A model generated the notes under the pieces. That model did no database searches and had not been told where the DNA came from. It was given only the letters and a program-made list of their open reading frames with translations. A stretch of 64,000 bases of DNA, taken from Eledone cirrhosa. Lineage: Eukaryota. Where the stretch lies: NCBI GenBank assembly GCA_964016885.1, contig OZ024742.1, positions 188,232,001 through 188,296,000 of the forward strand, in the 5' to 3' direction. The translations under genes and the position numbers were made by a program. Shown here piece by piece: positions 1-14,830 of the stretch (position 1 is the stretch's first letter; each line of letters opens with the position of its first letter).

Positions 1-1440
1 GTGATACTTCAAGTTAGTTGGTTTAGAAGCTTTCGTAGCTGGAGAACTAACTGGTCACGCGAATTGTTCTCGATACAGGATAAATTACAGACCAGTACTG
101 TGATTCAGTATATTATTTACATATACAACATTTAATACAGAAGAAATACGCTTGTTGTCTATTTTAATGTAAACGCTAATGAAATGCTGAGTCACATTTA
201 AACAAACCAACTCTTCCTACTTTACCTTGACTATCTCTTTGTTTCTTCGTCTTTATCTCTTTCAGTCTCATCGTTGACTTATGTCTCTCTTTCTATATTT
301 CTCTATTCTCCTTTCCTTCACTTTTCCTCTCGCATATTTTATTACATATTACAACATTCATAGTGATTCTTCCTCTCGCTCTCTTTCTCTCTCTTTATCT
401 ATCTCTGTCACTTTCTCTCTATCGCCCCCCCCCCCCTCTCTCTCTCTCTCACACACACACTAAACAACAGCAGAGTATCTTTGAATGACAAGAAGAAAGG
501 ATTTATTGCAAACATCGTAAGCTGCACAAAGAGGCAAGGAGAAAAAAGTTCTGATAGCAACACAGTGAGGGAGGAAGAATTTAAAACAGAATTACGCCTG
601 GGAAAAATAAATATATACGCAGGCATACAGATACACGATGGCTTTGTGTGGATTATATGGGGATAATAGAGGATTATATGAAACCATGTGGATTATTCAA
701 CATTGATTATATAATTGTGAATGTGTGGGACTGATTTCTCATTAGTGAAGTCCGTGACATTGTATATCACATTCTCCAATATGAAGGCACAGAGAAGGGT
801 TCTCTATGCTCAGTAAACCTGCTAGAAATAAGAGGCACATTGCCTACATACCCGAACTCATATCCGATTTCTGAAAGGTGTACCAGGTGATTTTGTTCGC
901 CAAAAGTCATTTCATCCTTATTCAGCACCAGGAAGAATTATCTCGGTGCTAAGATAGTCTCAGGTGAGCTGGATAGCAGATGGTCTTCGGAGAAAAACCC
1001 AACCCGCTCAGGCGAGTGTCAAGCTCTTAATTTCTTACAATCTAAGAGGGTTGGCTCGCATTCGGGACACGATTCCTGAGTGCGCTTCTGCTGAAATTTA
1101 GCCATTCGAATACCGGAGACATGCTCTAACAAGTCCATATAACATCAAACATCAACGTTCAAATACATTGCTATATCTCATCTGGAATTTATATGTAGCA
1201 GTTGTCTAATTTCCCCGTGGTAAATTAGTAGACATCGACATTTGCTAGTACATCTAAGGTAGTATATTTTGTGGACTTAAACTGACACTGTATCTCTGAA
1301 GGCATAGAAAAGATATAGTGGACAGGAGTTTTCTTAAATACGAACATAATTCTGTTTGGGGACATGTTGAGATGATAAGGAAATATTCAATTGAAGGAAA
1401 TAGGAAATACTTAATTATGTACGGGTATATATATATATAT

Positions 1441-1552
1441 AGGAACCAGTAAGACCCCGACAGCTGAGCTCAAGCCGTTTTGACGGCTAATTCTGGTATT
1501 GAGTACTTTGGTGCGTTATGGTCCACTTGGTTCCTTACCACATTTCCTTCGT
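1441..1552 (+). mobile_element. Family A hammerhead-bearing short retroelement (Penelope-like 3' end), 5'-inverted copy in (TA)n
   Basis: 1441-1496 is the reverse complement of 54413-54468, and 1496-1552 matches 54491-54548 forward. Flanked by (TA)n on both sides. Confidence 0.8.
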
Positions 1553-2457
1553 TATATATATATATATATATATATGAGTTTATTGCGTTTACTCTTTGCG
1601 CAACTCTATCTTTAGAATCATTAACATAACTGGGATTTGTAATTAATAACTTTCCAGCATACGTTGCTTCACCGGCCAACTGTACTAACGATCCTGCTCA
1701 CGCAGAGCATGAGCCTGCGGTGACTGTGCAGCCATTATCTCAGTAGCAAACGAATGACAAGTCACACTCGTTTCTCTACATCCCAAACACACAGTTGTGG
1801 AGCTAGACCTTTTATTAAGAATATCAAATATTTGTTTTTATGACTATCAAAGATATATTTAAATTTTATTTAATGTTTATATAAATGCATCCTTCTCCTA
1901 AATCTTTAATAAAATCTTTAAATATCAATTTTTAATCTTTCATCTTAACTTTAATTTTAACCTTAACAATCTTTAAATTCTGAATTATCAAATTCACCCC
2001 CGTCCTTTATATTTTTTATAGAATCATAAGCTTAACCCCATATAACATATTCTCTGTATCCTGATCTTCTTTACTCCTTCCAACAAAAGCATGTATCCAA
2101 ATGGCAGTGGATGACAGGGTAGTAGTACTAAGCATACTAAACATACATCCCTCTGTAAAAACCGGTAAGTCAAAATTGATGAGAATTCCCACTCGTGGGC
2201 GTTCAGCCAAACTGTCAACAACTGGCCCACTTTATCACCTTCGAGTCGAACTTGATTTCCTTTGCTTTCTCTCCTTATAGCATTCTGGCATTGTGTTTAT
2301 CATTATTCCTTTATTCTATAACTATTATGCCATATACATCACATGATGTCACCAGGATCTTACCGAACCCGGTCACTGAAATGTACACAGTGTTTGCTGA
2401 AATAAATCTTTAAAGAAATTTCAACAGTCTGCCCTCCTGTCACTTTACTCAATAATA

Positions 2458-2560
<103 letters not shown>

Positions 2561-2895
2561 CAAATTAAAAATACGAGGAAATAATAGACAAAATGACACT
2601 AATTTTTTCTTCAAGTCCGGACTGCAGTTTCACCGAATCCGTTTGCAGTGATTTCTGCACTACAAAAATGCATCGTTGCCATAAGGTTGATAGGGTTTAT
2701 CAAGTGACCCCTAAAATACGAGTGTTTCTTTCGTAGCAATGAGACATTCTCGAGAGGTGGAGGGAGAAATTAACACGTGATATAGTGGTCACAGAAGGGT
2801 AGTAAAGGTGGACAGTGAACGAGTAACGTATTTGCTAAAAAAAGCAGTCAGTACAGGGCTGGTTAACTCGACCACCACACACACACACGCGCACA

Positions 2896-3009
<114 letters not shown>

Positions 3010-4050
3010 CAGTCATACATATACTCCCATTTATATATATATACGTACATATAACTATTTATATATTTTTCCTCATATTATCATGGCTAAACAGTGTTTC
3101 TTATTACACTGGAGTTTCATCAGGAGAAATTCCAGAGTAACAAGACTCACAATTTAACCTTAATGAAATAAACATTGACACTCAACTTCGGTATTGAGTA
3201 CACTTTTTTCTCAGCCACCCAACACATATGGATATATATATATATATGGAGAATAGAAATGGCTGTGTAGTTGCTATTTAAAGTAACTTGAAATGCAGTG
3301 GGAATAAGAAGAAAGCAAGAACATGAGGGGGCGGGTAGTTATATATATTAATGAGGGTCAAATTTTCACGATAGCTTTTCAATGTATCATGTACGGAGTT
3401 CCTTAATTTCGTAACCTTTTAATCTAATCACTATATATATATATATATATATGTGTGTGCGTATATATGTTTGTGTGTTTGTGTGTGTGCGGTGAATTTG
3501 GGTGTCTGTCTGCGATGTATAAAAATGGGGGCATATCTCCAACTTGCCCTTAATAAGTAGTTATTTAATGTAATCCGTTTTAAGCTCATATTTATTTTCT
3601 TATTTCCTCACTGTATTACCACTCACTCCATCTTCCTCTGAAGCACACACTATTTCTCTCTAACACAACCACTGTCTTTCTCTATTTTGCTCTATAAGCC
3701 TAAACATATTTGGAAATACAGTACAAGAAAACAACACCAACTATAACAGTTCAAAAGAAGCACGAAAAACAAGAATAGCTACCAACATTCCAATTGATTT
3801 TCCTTCTATTGATTACTTAGTCAGGACTAGTTTTTCCAGAATCGTATATGTATATCATTTTGGTTACATGCCAGAAAAAAATATATGTATGTGCGTGTGT
3901 GTATGTATGGATGTATGTGTGTGTGTGTGTTATTGTATGAGAATGCGAGTGGGTGTGTGTTGATATATAATGAAAAAACTCATGTATTTAACTACATATA
4001 ACTTTATATAGATATATATATACATATTATATGTGTAAATGTTTGTGTAA

Positions 4051-4129
<79 letters not shown>

Positions 4130-5504
4130 TATACATATGTATCGGTGTGTGTATATATATTTATATATATATATAAACATATATATATATATAAACATAT
4201 ATATATATATATAAACATATATATATATATATATATAAACATATATATATATATATATATAAACATATATATATTTGAATATACATATGTATCGGTGTGT
4301 GTATATATATTTATATATATATATAAACAAATATATATATATATATATATAAACATATATATACATATAAACATATGCGTGATTTCATACAGAGACACAC
4401 ATATATGTATTCGTGCAAAATTATGTGGTTGTTGAGTTAGTGAAGAATTGCTGTGCAAGCTGTTACATCGATACGTTTATCTCCACACATACTTAGATTA
4501 ATAGTTAGCTTCCACCACTCACACGATCACATACGTATACATTCATATACAGTACATATACACAAGCTCAGCTAACACACAGCTAACACTAAATTACCAT
4601 TAACCCACTACATGCACCGACATAATTTATCATTCTGCTCTAAGCTGAAGCATACTTTTATTATTAAGTTATTCCCCCAGTCTTTGTCTCGGTACCAACA
4701 AGTATTACTGCATGTGTAGGTTACCTGGCATCTGTTCAACTGTGCCATATTTTGTGAACGTTCATATGTAAGCTTTCTGTTATTTTGTTCTTCTGATTCT
4801 TGTAGAAATGTATCTACTGTATCTATATCCAAAGGTTATTAAATTGGAGGCAGCTGGCTCCCATGGAGGATTTTAGACAACGGCTGAATTGGTGAGAGTT
4901 TGATATTGGAGGAGAATATTGTACAATTTATTTATAAAATATGAAATACTGATATCCACAACTATAAATGTGATCACGAATTAAATGTTCAAAAGAAAAA
5001 AAAAAACCTCTGATACTTCTGATTTCATCCCTTATGGGATTATACATCTATTTATGTTTGAAACGCTTACTCAGATATGCTGTCGGGTGAAAAGTTACTA
5101 GATGACTATTAATGAATGGGATGAATTGAGGAAACCTGTGGTTGCGAGGGGAGGAGCATGACTTGGGTCTCTTAGAATCACTAGATTATATAATTACAGG
5201 GTTGAAAAGCTTACGCGTGTTAATATGTTATTTATGTGAAAGGTTACATATCAGTAAGAATTGAGGAAATCCGGGAATGTAGATTATGGAATATGATCTG
5301 GATTTCGGAGAATCACTTGTCTATGCAAGTACCTGCTGTATTTCTTGATTACGATTCTGTTTCTAGATTTACATATATACGTATATTCTTTTAGTCATTA
5401 TCGGGTACGATAATGAGCACATCGACCCCAGTGCTTATTTTTTTAAAACCTGGTATCTATTCAATCGATTTCTTTTTTTTTTTCGCTTGTGATCCACTAC
5501 GTTA

Positions 5505-5571
<67 letters not shown>

Positions 5572-6660
5572 CACACACATATTCACACATATTCTTTTTC
5601 TCCCTCTCTTTCGCTCACACACACACACACACACACACACACTCTCTCTCTCTCTATCTCTCTCTCTCATACACATATATATATATGAATATGTTTGCAT
5701 GTGTGCATGAAATAAAATTAGATATATTGGAAATGTAACCACTTCAATAACAGACGAGAATTGCTATACAAACTCTTCAGAAATACATAATATGCACACA
5801 AAAATATAATTTCCGAATACAAACATTCTTTATATAATCACCTAAGCTACTGATACGATACTGCTTATTCTTGGATTTCCGCTGCTAAACAATCAGCCAC
5901 ATACGTATCCACATAGATTTCATGTTTCAATACAAAAGACTTATAATTCAGATTAGTAAGATAGCTCTTGAGCATATATTTACACTTAGATTATATCTTG
6001 AACAAACATTTCCACAAAATAATTACAGAAAGTCATTCCAACAACCGTCCATTGATATATGGCGGCCATCTTGGCAGCTTTTGTTCTATAATATTTGCTC
6101 AGTCCTCTTATTGCCCCAGCACTCGAATATCGTATACAAATTAATCATATTCACTTGAAAGGTCAATGTCATATTTATGCATTTCATCTATTCATGTTTT
6201 ATGTGTGTTTTGTTTTGTCTCTCACAGTGTTTTCCATTCAAATATTTATACTATGCTTTCTGGCTCAGTTTCATAAGACTTTGTCTTCTCTTTTAACTCT
6301 TTTTATCACATCGTTGGTATTCGTTGAGGTGTACAGTAACTAACATAATATAATTGATGTCTTTATTTCCTATATCGCATCATACACTCATATATTATGC
6401 ACTTTATAAATTCTTGCTTCTCTAAAAAATGTTATTCAATCAGAAACTGATGTTACGATTGCAGCTTAGTGGGATCTATGATTCGTTCCCCGAATCATAG
6501 AGATAGGAATTAAGTGAAAGATGAAGTAAATTAATATTTATTTTTAGGATAGCTAATACTCGTATATTAAATATTATATGTGTTCTCATTTATAATATTG
6601 CGCACTATTTATCTATTGCATAAGGATATCTCGAAATATACATATCTACACACACACGTA

Positions 6661-6728
<68 letters not shown>

Positions 6729-6747
6729 CGTGTGTGTGTGTGTACTG

Positions 6748-6780
<33 letters not shown>

Positions 6781-8119
6781 ATAGATATATTTGTGTATAT
6801 AAGTTTGTATGTGTGAATATGTATATATTATGTGAATGTGCATTTACAAAAGATAGCGATAATCCTTTGTGGGTAGGATACATTTAATTGAATATGATCA
6901 GTTTAATTGTATTTATTAGTTATTACATATGTCTTATCAGCGTTAGAACACCGATAGTTATAGCAATCATATTAAAATGTTCTGATAATTATTCTTCTGC
7001 GCCATATTAAGTTGCTTAACTGTTAGTTGTGGTTGTGGCATATTTCCAAGTTATGGAGATGTCGCCTATAACTTGTCCTGGTTTCAGAGTCTTATATGAG
7101 ATTAGCTACATCTACAGCCTTATGCACTGTAAGAATGGATGTTTTAGAACATACTCTTCAGATATCCACCGTTTTATACAGGCAAGAGTGACACGTCTGC
7201 GTTTTATCCTGATCTCTTCATCAACATCTGCCTTTTGTAATAGGTAAAATATAAAGTGTGTTACTCAAAAACACAACACATCTCACAATCTACCGATCCT
7301 CTAACAACTACGCCATGTGCCGTCAGGTAATTGGAGGTGGATAGGCAGAATATTTATTGTGTCTGACGAAATGCATTGCAGCGTTTCATTAGAACCCTCT
7401 GTTCTGGATTCAATAAGCGCAGGGGTCACGATTACTGGTATTTGTAGTTGATGCAATCGATTTCCAAGTCAATACAATGTAATTACCCAGCACCAGAAAT
7501 TACTGGCCTCGTGGAATAATCAAGAATCCTTATTTCACTGCATCTTCTATAAACATTTTGACATGTAATTGCGATTCGCTATGCAATAATGAAATCCTAG
7601 TTTCGAACCTACTGTGTGGCGTCTTTACCAAACCTTGGGTCGAACAAAGACATGCAATAGGAGTTCATAAAAGTCTATCGCGTAAAACTATACGTTGACG
7701 AGCTGACTGGGTGTGGAAATTAAGTAGACGTATATGAAGAATGTTGATCCCCATACTGATTAATTCGTGAGTTCGACTTTATGCTAATCGAACAACTAAA
7801 TACTTATCGTTCAACCCGGCGGCGGAGCTCTCATCATATCTCCTAGATTAACAAAAATATTAACCACTAATTTGGTGTGCATAAATTATACAACGACGGA
7901 CGTCTTAACTCAATGTACGTGAAATATAAGCCAACGTTGTATTTTTCTACGAGATATTTCGATGCGTCTTACCATCTGAATGTTCAATTTTGGAATGTTT
8001 TGCTTTAATACAAATTATTATATACTGTAATTTCCCTTGTTAATCTGTGGTAGTATTTTACTGCGGATGTTAGGGAAATATTTCACAGATTTTAAAGGAC
8101 ATTTTTGAGTAAATCGCAA

Positions 8120-8189
<70 letters not shown>

Positions 8190-8873
8190 ATCTCTCTCTA
8201 TCTCTTCCTCACTCTCTCTCTTTGTCTATATATCTATCTATCACTCCCTCTCTATCTATCTATTTATCTATCTATCTGTCTGTCTGTTTGTATGTCTGTC
8301 TGCCTGTATGTCTGTCTGTCTGTATGTATGTATGTATGTATGTCTACCTACCTGTCTCTCAGACTATATATCTGTTTGTATGTCTGTCTCTCTATCTCAA
8401 AACTGTCTCATACTTTTCTACCCCACCCACTCTCTTTATCTATCTCCCTCTCCCCTTCTCTCTTTCTGTGCGACTTTTTATGTATGTTCTTTCCCCTTCT
8501 CTAGCATTTATTTTGGTTTCGAGCCAAAATATTATTTGCTGACTTTGTCAGGTCGATAAAACCATGTTTAGTGAGTGACCAACAATATTCTATGGACTAT
8601 TCACTATGAACATCTAGATGGGAAGGAGTCAATATATTCATATCTTTGCTGAAACTATTCTTTGTTATCAAACTTCACTTCAAATCTCGACCACCGCCTT
8701 TTCACTCCACCTCCAACGCAGAAGTCTTTATCTCTGGGTCGCATTTACGTTATCACAATAAAATGCATTCATTAGCTAGTCTCCCTTTATATAAATGAGT
8801 ACAGATAATACTTGAAAAGCCTGACCATCACATCATCTTTCTATATCATGTTATATACTCCTACCCGTTCCTC

Positions 8874-8996
<123 letters not shown>

Positions 8997-9419
8997 ATGA
9001 CAGTTTATCTATTGCGGAAATATCTTTTCTCTTTCCCTTGCTTTCGAACATTTCACATCTTAATCATTTCGCATTTTCTATCTCTATTATATTTATATTC
9101 TAGTATATTTAGACGTACAAGTTTCTCCAAAAGCACTAAACTGTGAATGTCATAAATGTAGAAAATTTGAATATATTTATTTTCTTTATAATTTTTTTCT
9201 GTATGCAGTTTTATGAAAACCTTCCAGATACCAGCTGTTAATTATGACTCCCTACTGGATCCTCTTTGAGGTCTCGGGACACACAAATGTATGCGTCCAT
9301 TCAACTCCGCCCTTGACTATTCACAAGTCAATCACTGATTTTTCTTCGCCATTACATGGAAACCGTTTTATACATTTCTACCTAAGGCTCGAATAGCTCC
9401 CATGTTAGCCCGCGTGAAT

Positions 9420-10170
9420 GTCGATGCTGTATCATTGCTTTTATTGAATCTGATCAGTCATATTCGTAACAGTCACCAAGCTTGTGACTTCTTTCAGATT
9501 CTTTTGATAAGATTGCTGCCGTGTCCTGTACATAAGGAATGACAATCAGTGCTGCAAAGTCTGAGCTGTTCAATTCCTCAAGAAGGATTCCTCAGTGCAC
9601 TCTTCATTCGAGTCGATTTACATTGAAGTAGGTGGAGAAGCTCAAGTATATCGGTGCCGTTATGAGTGATGGAATACAGGAGGCTGAATTAAATCCAATC
9701 ATTGTAGGAGCTGGTGCAGTAGTGTGCCAGCTTCAGCACTCGGAGGTCAGAAGAAAGGACGAAGGTGTAAAAGTCAAACTCCCTATCTTCCATTCGATGC
9801 TCATGCTTACACTTACCAATGCACATGAATCTTTGCCAATGATAGAGATGTTGCGAATATAAACTGCTGAAACAGCGTTACTCACAATGTTTTTGGCACA
9901 CGATAGGGTACCATAGCTTGGAGATTCCAAGTAGAACCACTACTTTTCCGGATCGAGAGATCCCAGCTCCGTTATAACAGGCATGCTTATATTGTTTAAG
10001 AAAATATCGCTGGACAGATTCTACGGTCAGGAGACCAGAGCTATACCACGAGAAAGATGTTTGTATAGTATCCAGGAATACGGTTGGTCTTGTTTGGTGA
10101 TCAGGCTGGGGCAGTTGGCGATAGTGTTTCCTGAAGTCCCTGACTAAGTCCCTGAATGGAATAAGTAGAC
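9420..10170 (+). mobile_element. Degenerate RTE-clade LINE, RT C-terminal/3' fragment
   Basis: ORF 9632-9862 (VEKLKYIGAVMSDG...KVKLPIFHSMLMLTLTNAHES) resembles the post-RT KYLG / LTYGxE region of RTE LINEs. Frameshifted continuation to about 10150. Confidence 0.65.
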
Positions 10171-11451
10171 AAAGAGGAAGAAAAACATTTATATGTATAC
10201 CTTAGAATGCCCAGGCATAATTCTGGTTTACAAATCACTATGAATGTATATTGTATTTCCGTTTGACACGTAGAATATATTAGAATATAAGAGAGGTTTA
10301 GGGGCTTTTAACTCTTACAGACGCTAAATAAAATTGCTCATGAGCAAAAACATATTTCTCCCAATCTGGTTTTGCTGCTTTTTAGGGCTTACTTGTAAAT
10401 AATTTTGTAAGAGTGGGTCATATTCCCTATAGTATTGATGGAAACATCAGTAAATAGATAAAACCCGGGTAACAAATAAATACAAAATAAGAAAATTAAA
10501 ATCTCTAATCAATTCTCTTTTTATCGATTTCTCTTTAGAAATTACCGAAGAAATGTAACATACACACAGACTAACATTTAGAAATGTATCAAAGATATAC
10601 AGGCACACGAGCAGTAGATTCTTATCCGATACAGATGAAAAGAGTCTGTCAGAATTCTTTCACATATAATACAAAGGACCAACCCCATTATACTTTGTGT
10701 TACACGCAATCTCACTGAGAAGTATGTTAAGAGCGCAAGTGTCTAAGGAATGCTTAGCCACTTGCATGATAATTTCAGTAGGGACGGGTTTCAATTTCCT
10801 TAAGGTGCCTCTGTCCTATATTTTCCGTCTCGAAGTGTAATTTACCCATGTATCTTAACTTCTATCTAAATCGGTAAACTATCTATTTCGTTTGGCACTC
10901 AAACACACACACACACACACATATATTCATATATACCCCCCCCCCATATATATATATACAATACAATATATAAACAATATAAACATACATACATACATGA
11001 ATACATACAAACATAAATGATGTTTGGAGTTCCACAAATCTTTTAGCCTCTGCATAAAACCGAACTTTCGGGTGTCAGATCGTTTGTATGCTTCATATAA
11101 ATCTTTTTTTAAGATTGTAGCTCTATTGTATACAATGGTTGTAGTTGTGATTTAGTCGAAGGAGTCTTATACTTTTTGCCATGATGAGTTCGTCTATTCA
11201 CTAGTATTTAGCATTTATTTTTCAAAGTAGACGATGATCTTCTTTAAAAGTTTCGACAAAGTTTTGTCATAATTAAATTTAAAGTTGTTCAGAGGCTGGG
11301 TAATATTTCCTTTCAGCTAGTTTTTACTTCTACAACTGTATTTTTAACGTTTATATTTAGCGTTTTCATTTTGTTTTTGTTTTTGTTATGTGAATCGTTT
11401 TCTAACGTAAATTAATATATTTCTTTATGAATGTAATATAACAGCGCTGTA

Positions 11452-11576
11452 TTTATATGTTAAAATCTATGTAACGTTTATATGTTAAAATCTATGTAAC
11501 GTTTATATGTTAAAATTTATGTAACGTTTATGTGTTAAAATTTATGTAAAGTTTATGTGTTAAAATCTATGTATCG
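11452..11576. repeat. 25-bp minisatellite, about 5 copies
   Basis: Unit TTTATATGTTAAAATCTATGTAACG repeated with a few substitutions. Confidence 0.9.
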
Positions 11577-11846
11577 TTCATATACATAGATGTGTTGCAA
11601 TATATTTACAGTTCAAACACGTAAGTAGAAATATTGTATACGATCTTACCGCAATATGTAGCTCACCCTTTCCAATATGTGGTATGTTGCCTTCATCTAA
11701 GCCGTAATTACATACGTCCTATCATCGGACTGACCATACCGGTCGCTATTATTAGCGTTTATATATGTATGTATGTAGGTATGTATGTATGTATGTATGT
11801 ATGTATGTATGTATGTATGTATGTATGTATGTATGTATGTATGTAT

Positions 11847-12451
11847 GTCAGGTCACCAGTTGGTGCTACTGGTAACATGTATCCCAGTACAACTTGTCTC
11901 ATGTTCGGGTCGTTGGCGACTAAACTGGCAACCCCACCAAGGTTTCTTGGTGAGGAGGGTGACTTTGGACATCCTGCAGGACTAAAAACAAAACCTGTCA
12001 AAGGGCAAAGGAGCTCTTAAGAGTCAATGGCCATCCAAAATCACCGGGAGAGATGACCCCTTAGCCTTTGTCAAGGCAGAATTCTAGGAGAAGGAAAACT
12101 GATATGACACCTGCAACCCTGATGGTATCCAATGATGTTGACTTGTTCTTCTTTTTGGTAAATATCATCTTGGTTAAGAGAGTGGGACTGGCTTTGTGCA
12201 GTGCCTTTGCTCACTATAAAAGCTTCACGGCACAGGCATTGCTTTATGTCTGGAGATCTATCTGCCCTTGTCATCACATGGTACCATGGGCCCAGCACTA
12301 TGTGTCAATAATTGTCACAAGTAGTGTTTGTACCAGAGTTTTCAAGTCGCTGGCTGGACTAAAAAGTCACACTCGTTCAGCCCATCGGTAGGGGTTCTCC
12401 TACATGGATATAAAGTAGTGGCCGTACTCGAAAACGAGTTGGCAGCCACCA
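11847..12451 (+). mobile_element. Non-autonomous RTE-derived element (family G, ~600 bp), copy 1, apparently full length
   Basis: Near-identical reverse copies at 15494-16072 and 56674-57085. The 3' part encodes an RTE-like C-terminal C2H2 remnant (CTRVFKSLAGLKSHTRSAHR*). Embedded in (TATG)n. Confidence 0.8.
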
Positions 12452-12643
12452 TGTATGTATGGATATATGTATGTATACATGCACGTATACATGTATGCAT
12501 GTATATATGTATGTGTGTAACCTGATAAACGTGTAATAATTGCAAAGATTAATTAAACGATAGAACATTTTGTATTTACTACCAGCAGAGAATGTGACAG
12601 GTTCGTGGTTTTTTCAGTAGACGCTAATGTTCTCTTTTTATTT

Positions 12644-12843
12644 AATAATAGATAATTGTTTCTACTCTAGCACAGGGCCTGCAATTACCTCAGTGCATTA
12701 ATAGTACTTTATTTTACCGACCCCGTAAGGATGAAAGGCAAAGTTAACCTCGGCAGTATTTGAACTCAGACCGTAATGGGCCATAACAGTCTACTGCAAA
12801 GCATTACGTCCGACCGTCTACCGATACTGCCAATCCACCACCC
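12644..12843 (-). mobile_element. tRNA-derived SINE
   Basis: Reverse complement of the 41245-41440 SINE (A/B boxes, TCATCCTTACGGGGTCG core, ATT tail). Confidence 0.85.
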
Positions 12844-13414
12844 TAATGCTCTAAATTTTACTTACAGATACTGGAGCTGTAAATATATATATACCACATT
12901 TTCAGTGTTTTTTTTAGAGGAGTCTGGTCATTAAATACAAAGGAAGAAGGAATAGGCTTCCAAAAGAATCATTGCAGATATATATCTCGATTGTGCAATT
13001 TTTCCTTTGCATATTGAACGCATATTGGGCAGTTATTAAGGCGTTATATGAATTTAAATGGAATTTGCCGCGATGTTCAATAAATAGTATAATATTTTAC
13101 GGCGTTGGTAGTGAGGTTGATTTAATGTTTGTGCAACAGCTTGCAATCTATAATAACTATTAACAGACCAGCATTTTAATGTCCAGTCGCCCACGTTATT
13201 TATTATATGCTATAGAAAATATCTATGGTCTTTAATAAGAAAATATCCTTTAACATATATTGTAGCCTTATATTATATATATATATATATGTGTGTATGT
13301 ATATATGTTCAAGGTTTCCAATTATTTGGTATTTGGTAATTGAAATGTTCAATAGTTTTCGATATCGCTGAATTTTTTGTATGATGACTACAGAATAAAA
13401 ACTCTCTCTAATAT

Positions 13415-13484
<70 letters not shown>

Positions 13485-13521
13485 CCCTCTCTCTGCACAC
13501 ACGCTTACATGAGCACTCCCT

Positions 13522-13562
<41 letters not shown>

Positions 13563-14787
13563 GGAAATTATCAATGCCCTATTTGCATAAGAGGCGCATG
13601 AATTTATGAATATATGGATATTTACTTTTCTGAAAATGAAACTGGTGATTCAGACGTATTTTCCTGTTGAGTCTGGCTCGTAGGCCGGAGACTCATTGTA
13701 TTGTTAATCTATCTATCTATATCCTATCCTGCTTTGTGCAACCATGGCTTTGTAATATCGTGACACACACTATCATAGTGTATAATCACTGAAATGATTT
13801 ACAGAAAACGTATATCCATATAGATTTAGAAGGTTGGTGGAAATAATCGAACAAATTAATTAGTGTTCAGCAATACGATTAATACAACTAATATCAACTA
13901 ATTTATAAATCAAATTAATCAATGAAAAATAGCAAAAATATGAATACATACCCAAATCAGCGCTGGTTTCATCAATGTCGAACTGTTAGTATCAGCTATG
14001 TAAATAAGTGCATATTCAATCAGTCAGTTGTATGACAACTCGGAATTGGCATAGGATTTTCAGTGAAATTTTCCAGTAAATAACACAATGAAAATATGAT
14101 ATATTTTCAGACATCCGACATGCTAGCAATAGCCAGTTGTCTCTGTATGTCTGCCAGAGGCTTGAAAAAAATGGCTATAAACCATCCTAGTTGTTTAAAA
14201 AAGGTGGAAAATTATGGAAAAGTTATCATCCGTCATTAAATTAAACAAGAATTACTACTAGGTTTCAAATATACTAAATAGTTTTAGTGTACCTACCGAA
14301 TTGTGTACCCTGCCTCACAATCACTCAATGATAATTGTAATGAATTCCAGAAATAAAGTATACTCATATAGATTTACAGTGTGGTGGCAATAATCGAACA
14401 AATTAATTAGGTTTATTAATATATATATTTTTATATTAGGTATTTCTGTCAGCATATATGCAACATATACGGGGATATGTATATACAATTAAACATTGTA
14501 TATTTATGCCTGTAAACATGCAATTGATGTTTTTAACTGGCAGCAATAATCATAAATATCTTGAATCCATTTTGAAACATTTTGGCATCTCTTTGAGAGC
14601 AAAAATTTGATTTGCATATAGTGTACCTTCATGTTCTTATATTGTAGTTAATGTTGTTGTATGTTGAATTAAGCGCTAAGCTGCCGAAGTAAACGAATGA
14701 GCTGATATTTGTATAGAATATATATAACAGAGGTAAGGAGACTCTGAATGCCTATAAATTTAAGCAATATATATGTGTATATGTATA

Positions 14788-14828
<41 letters not shown>

Positions 14829-14830
14829 GT

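Noticed and set aside
481-666. 61-aa ORF (MNDKKKGF...) as a possible host exon
   Set aside because: No recognisable domain and no supportable splice structure.
2615-2690. Minus-strand GAAA-CTGCAG-TC hammerhead 3' half
   Set aside because: The upstream core reads CTTATGG and stems I and II do not pair convincingly. It may be a decayed member but is not supportable.
3085-3146. Minus-strand CTGATGA...GAAACACTGTT and an overlapping hairpin
   Set aside because: Stem II does not form, so the motif is ambiguous.
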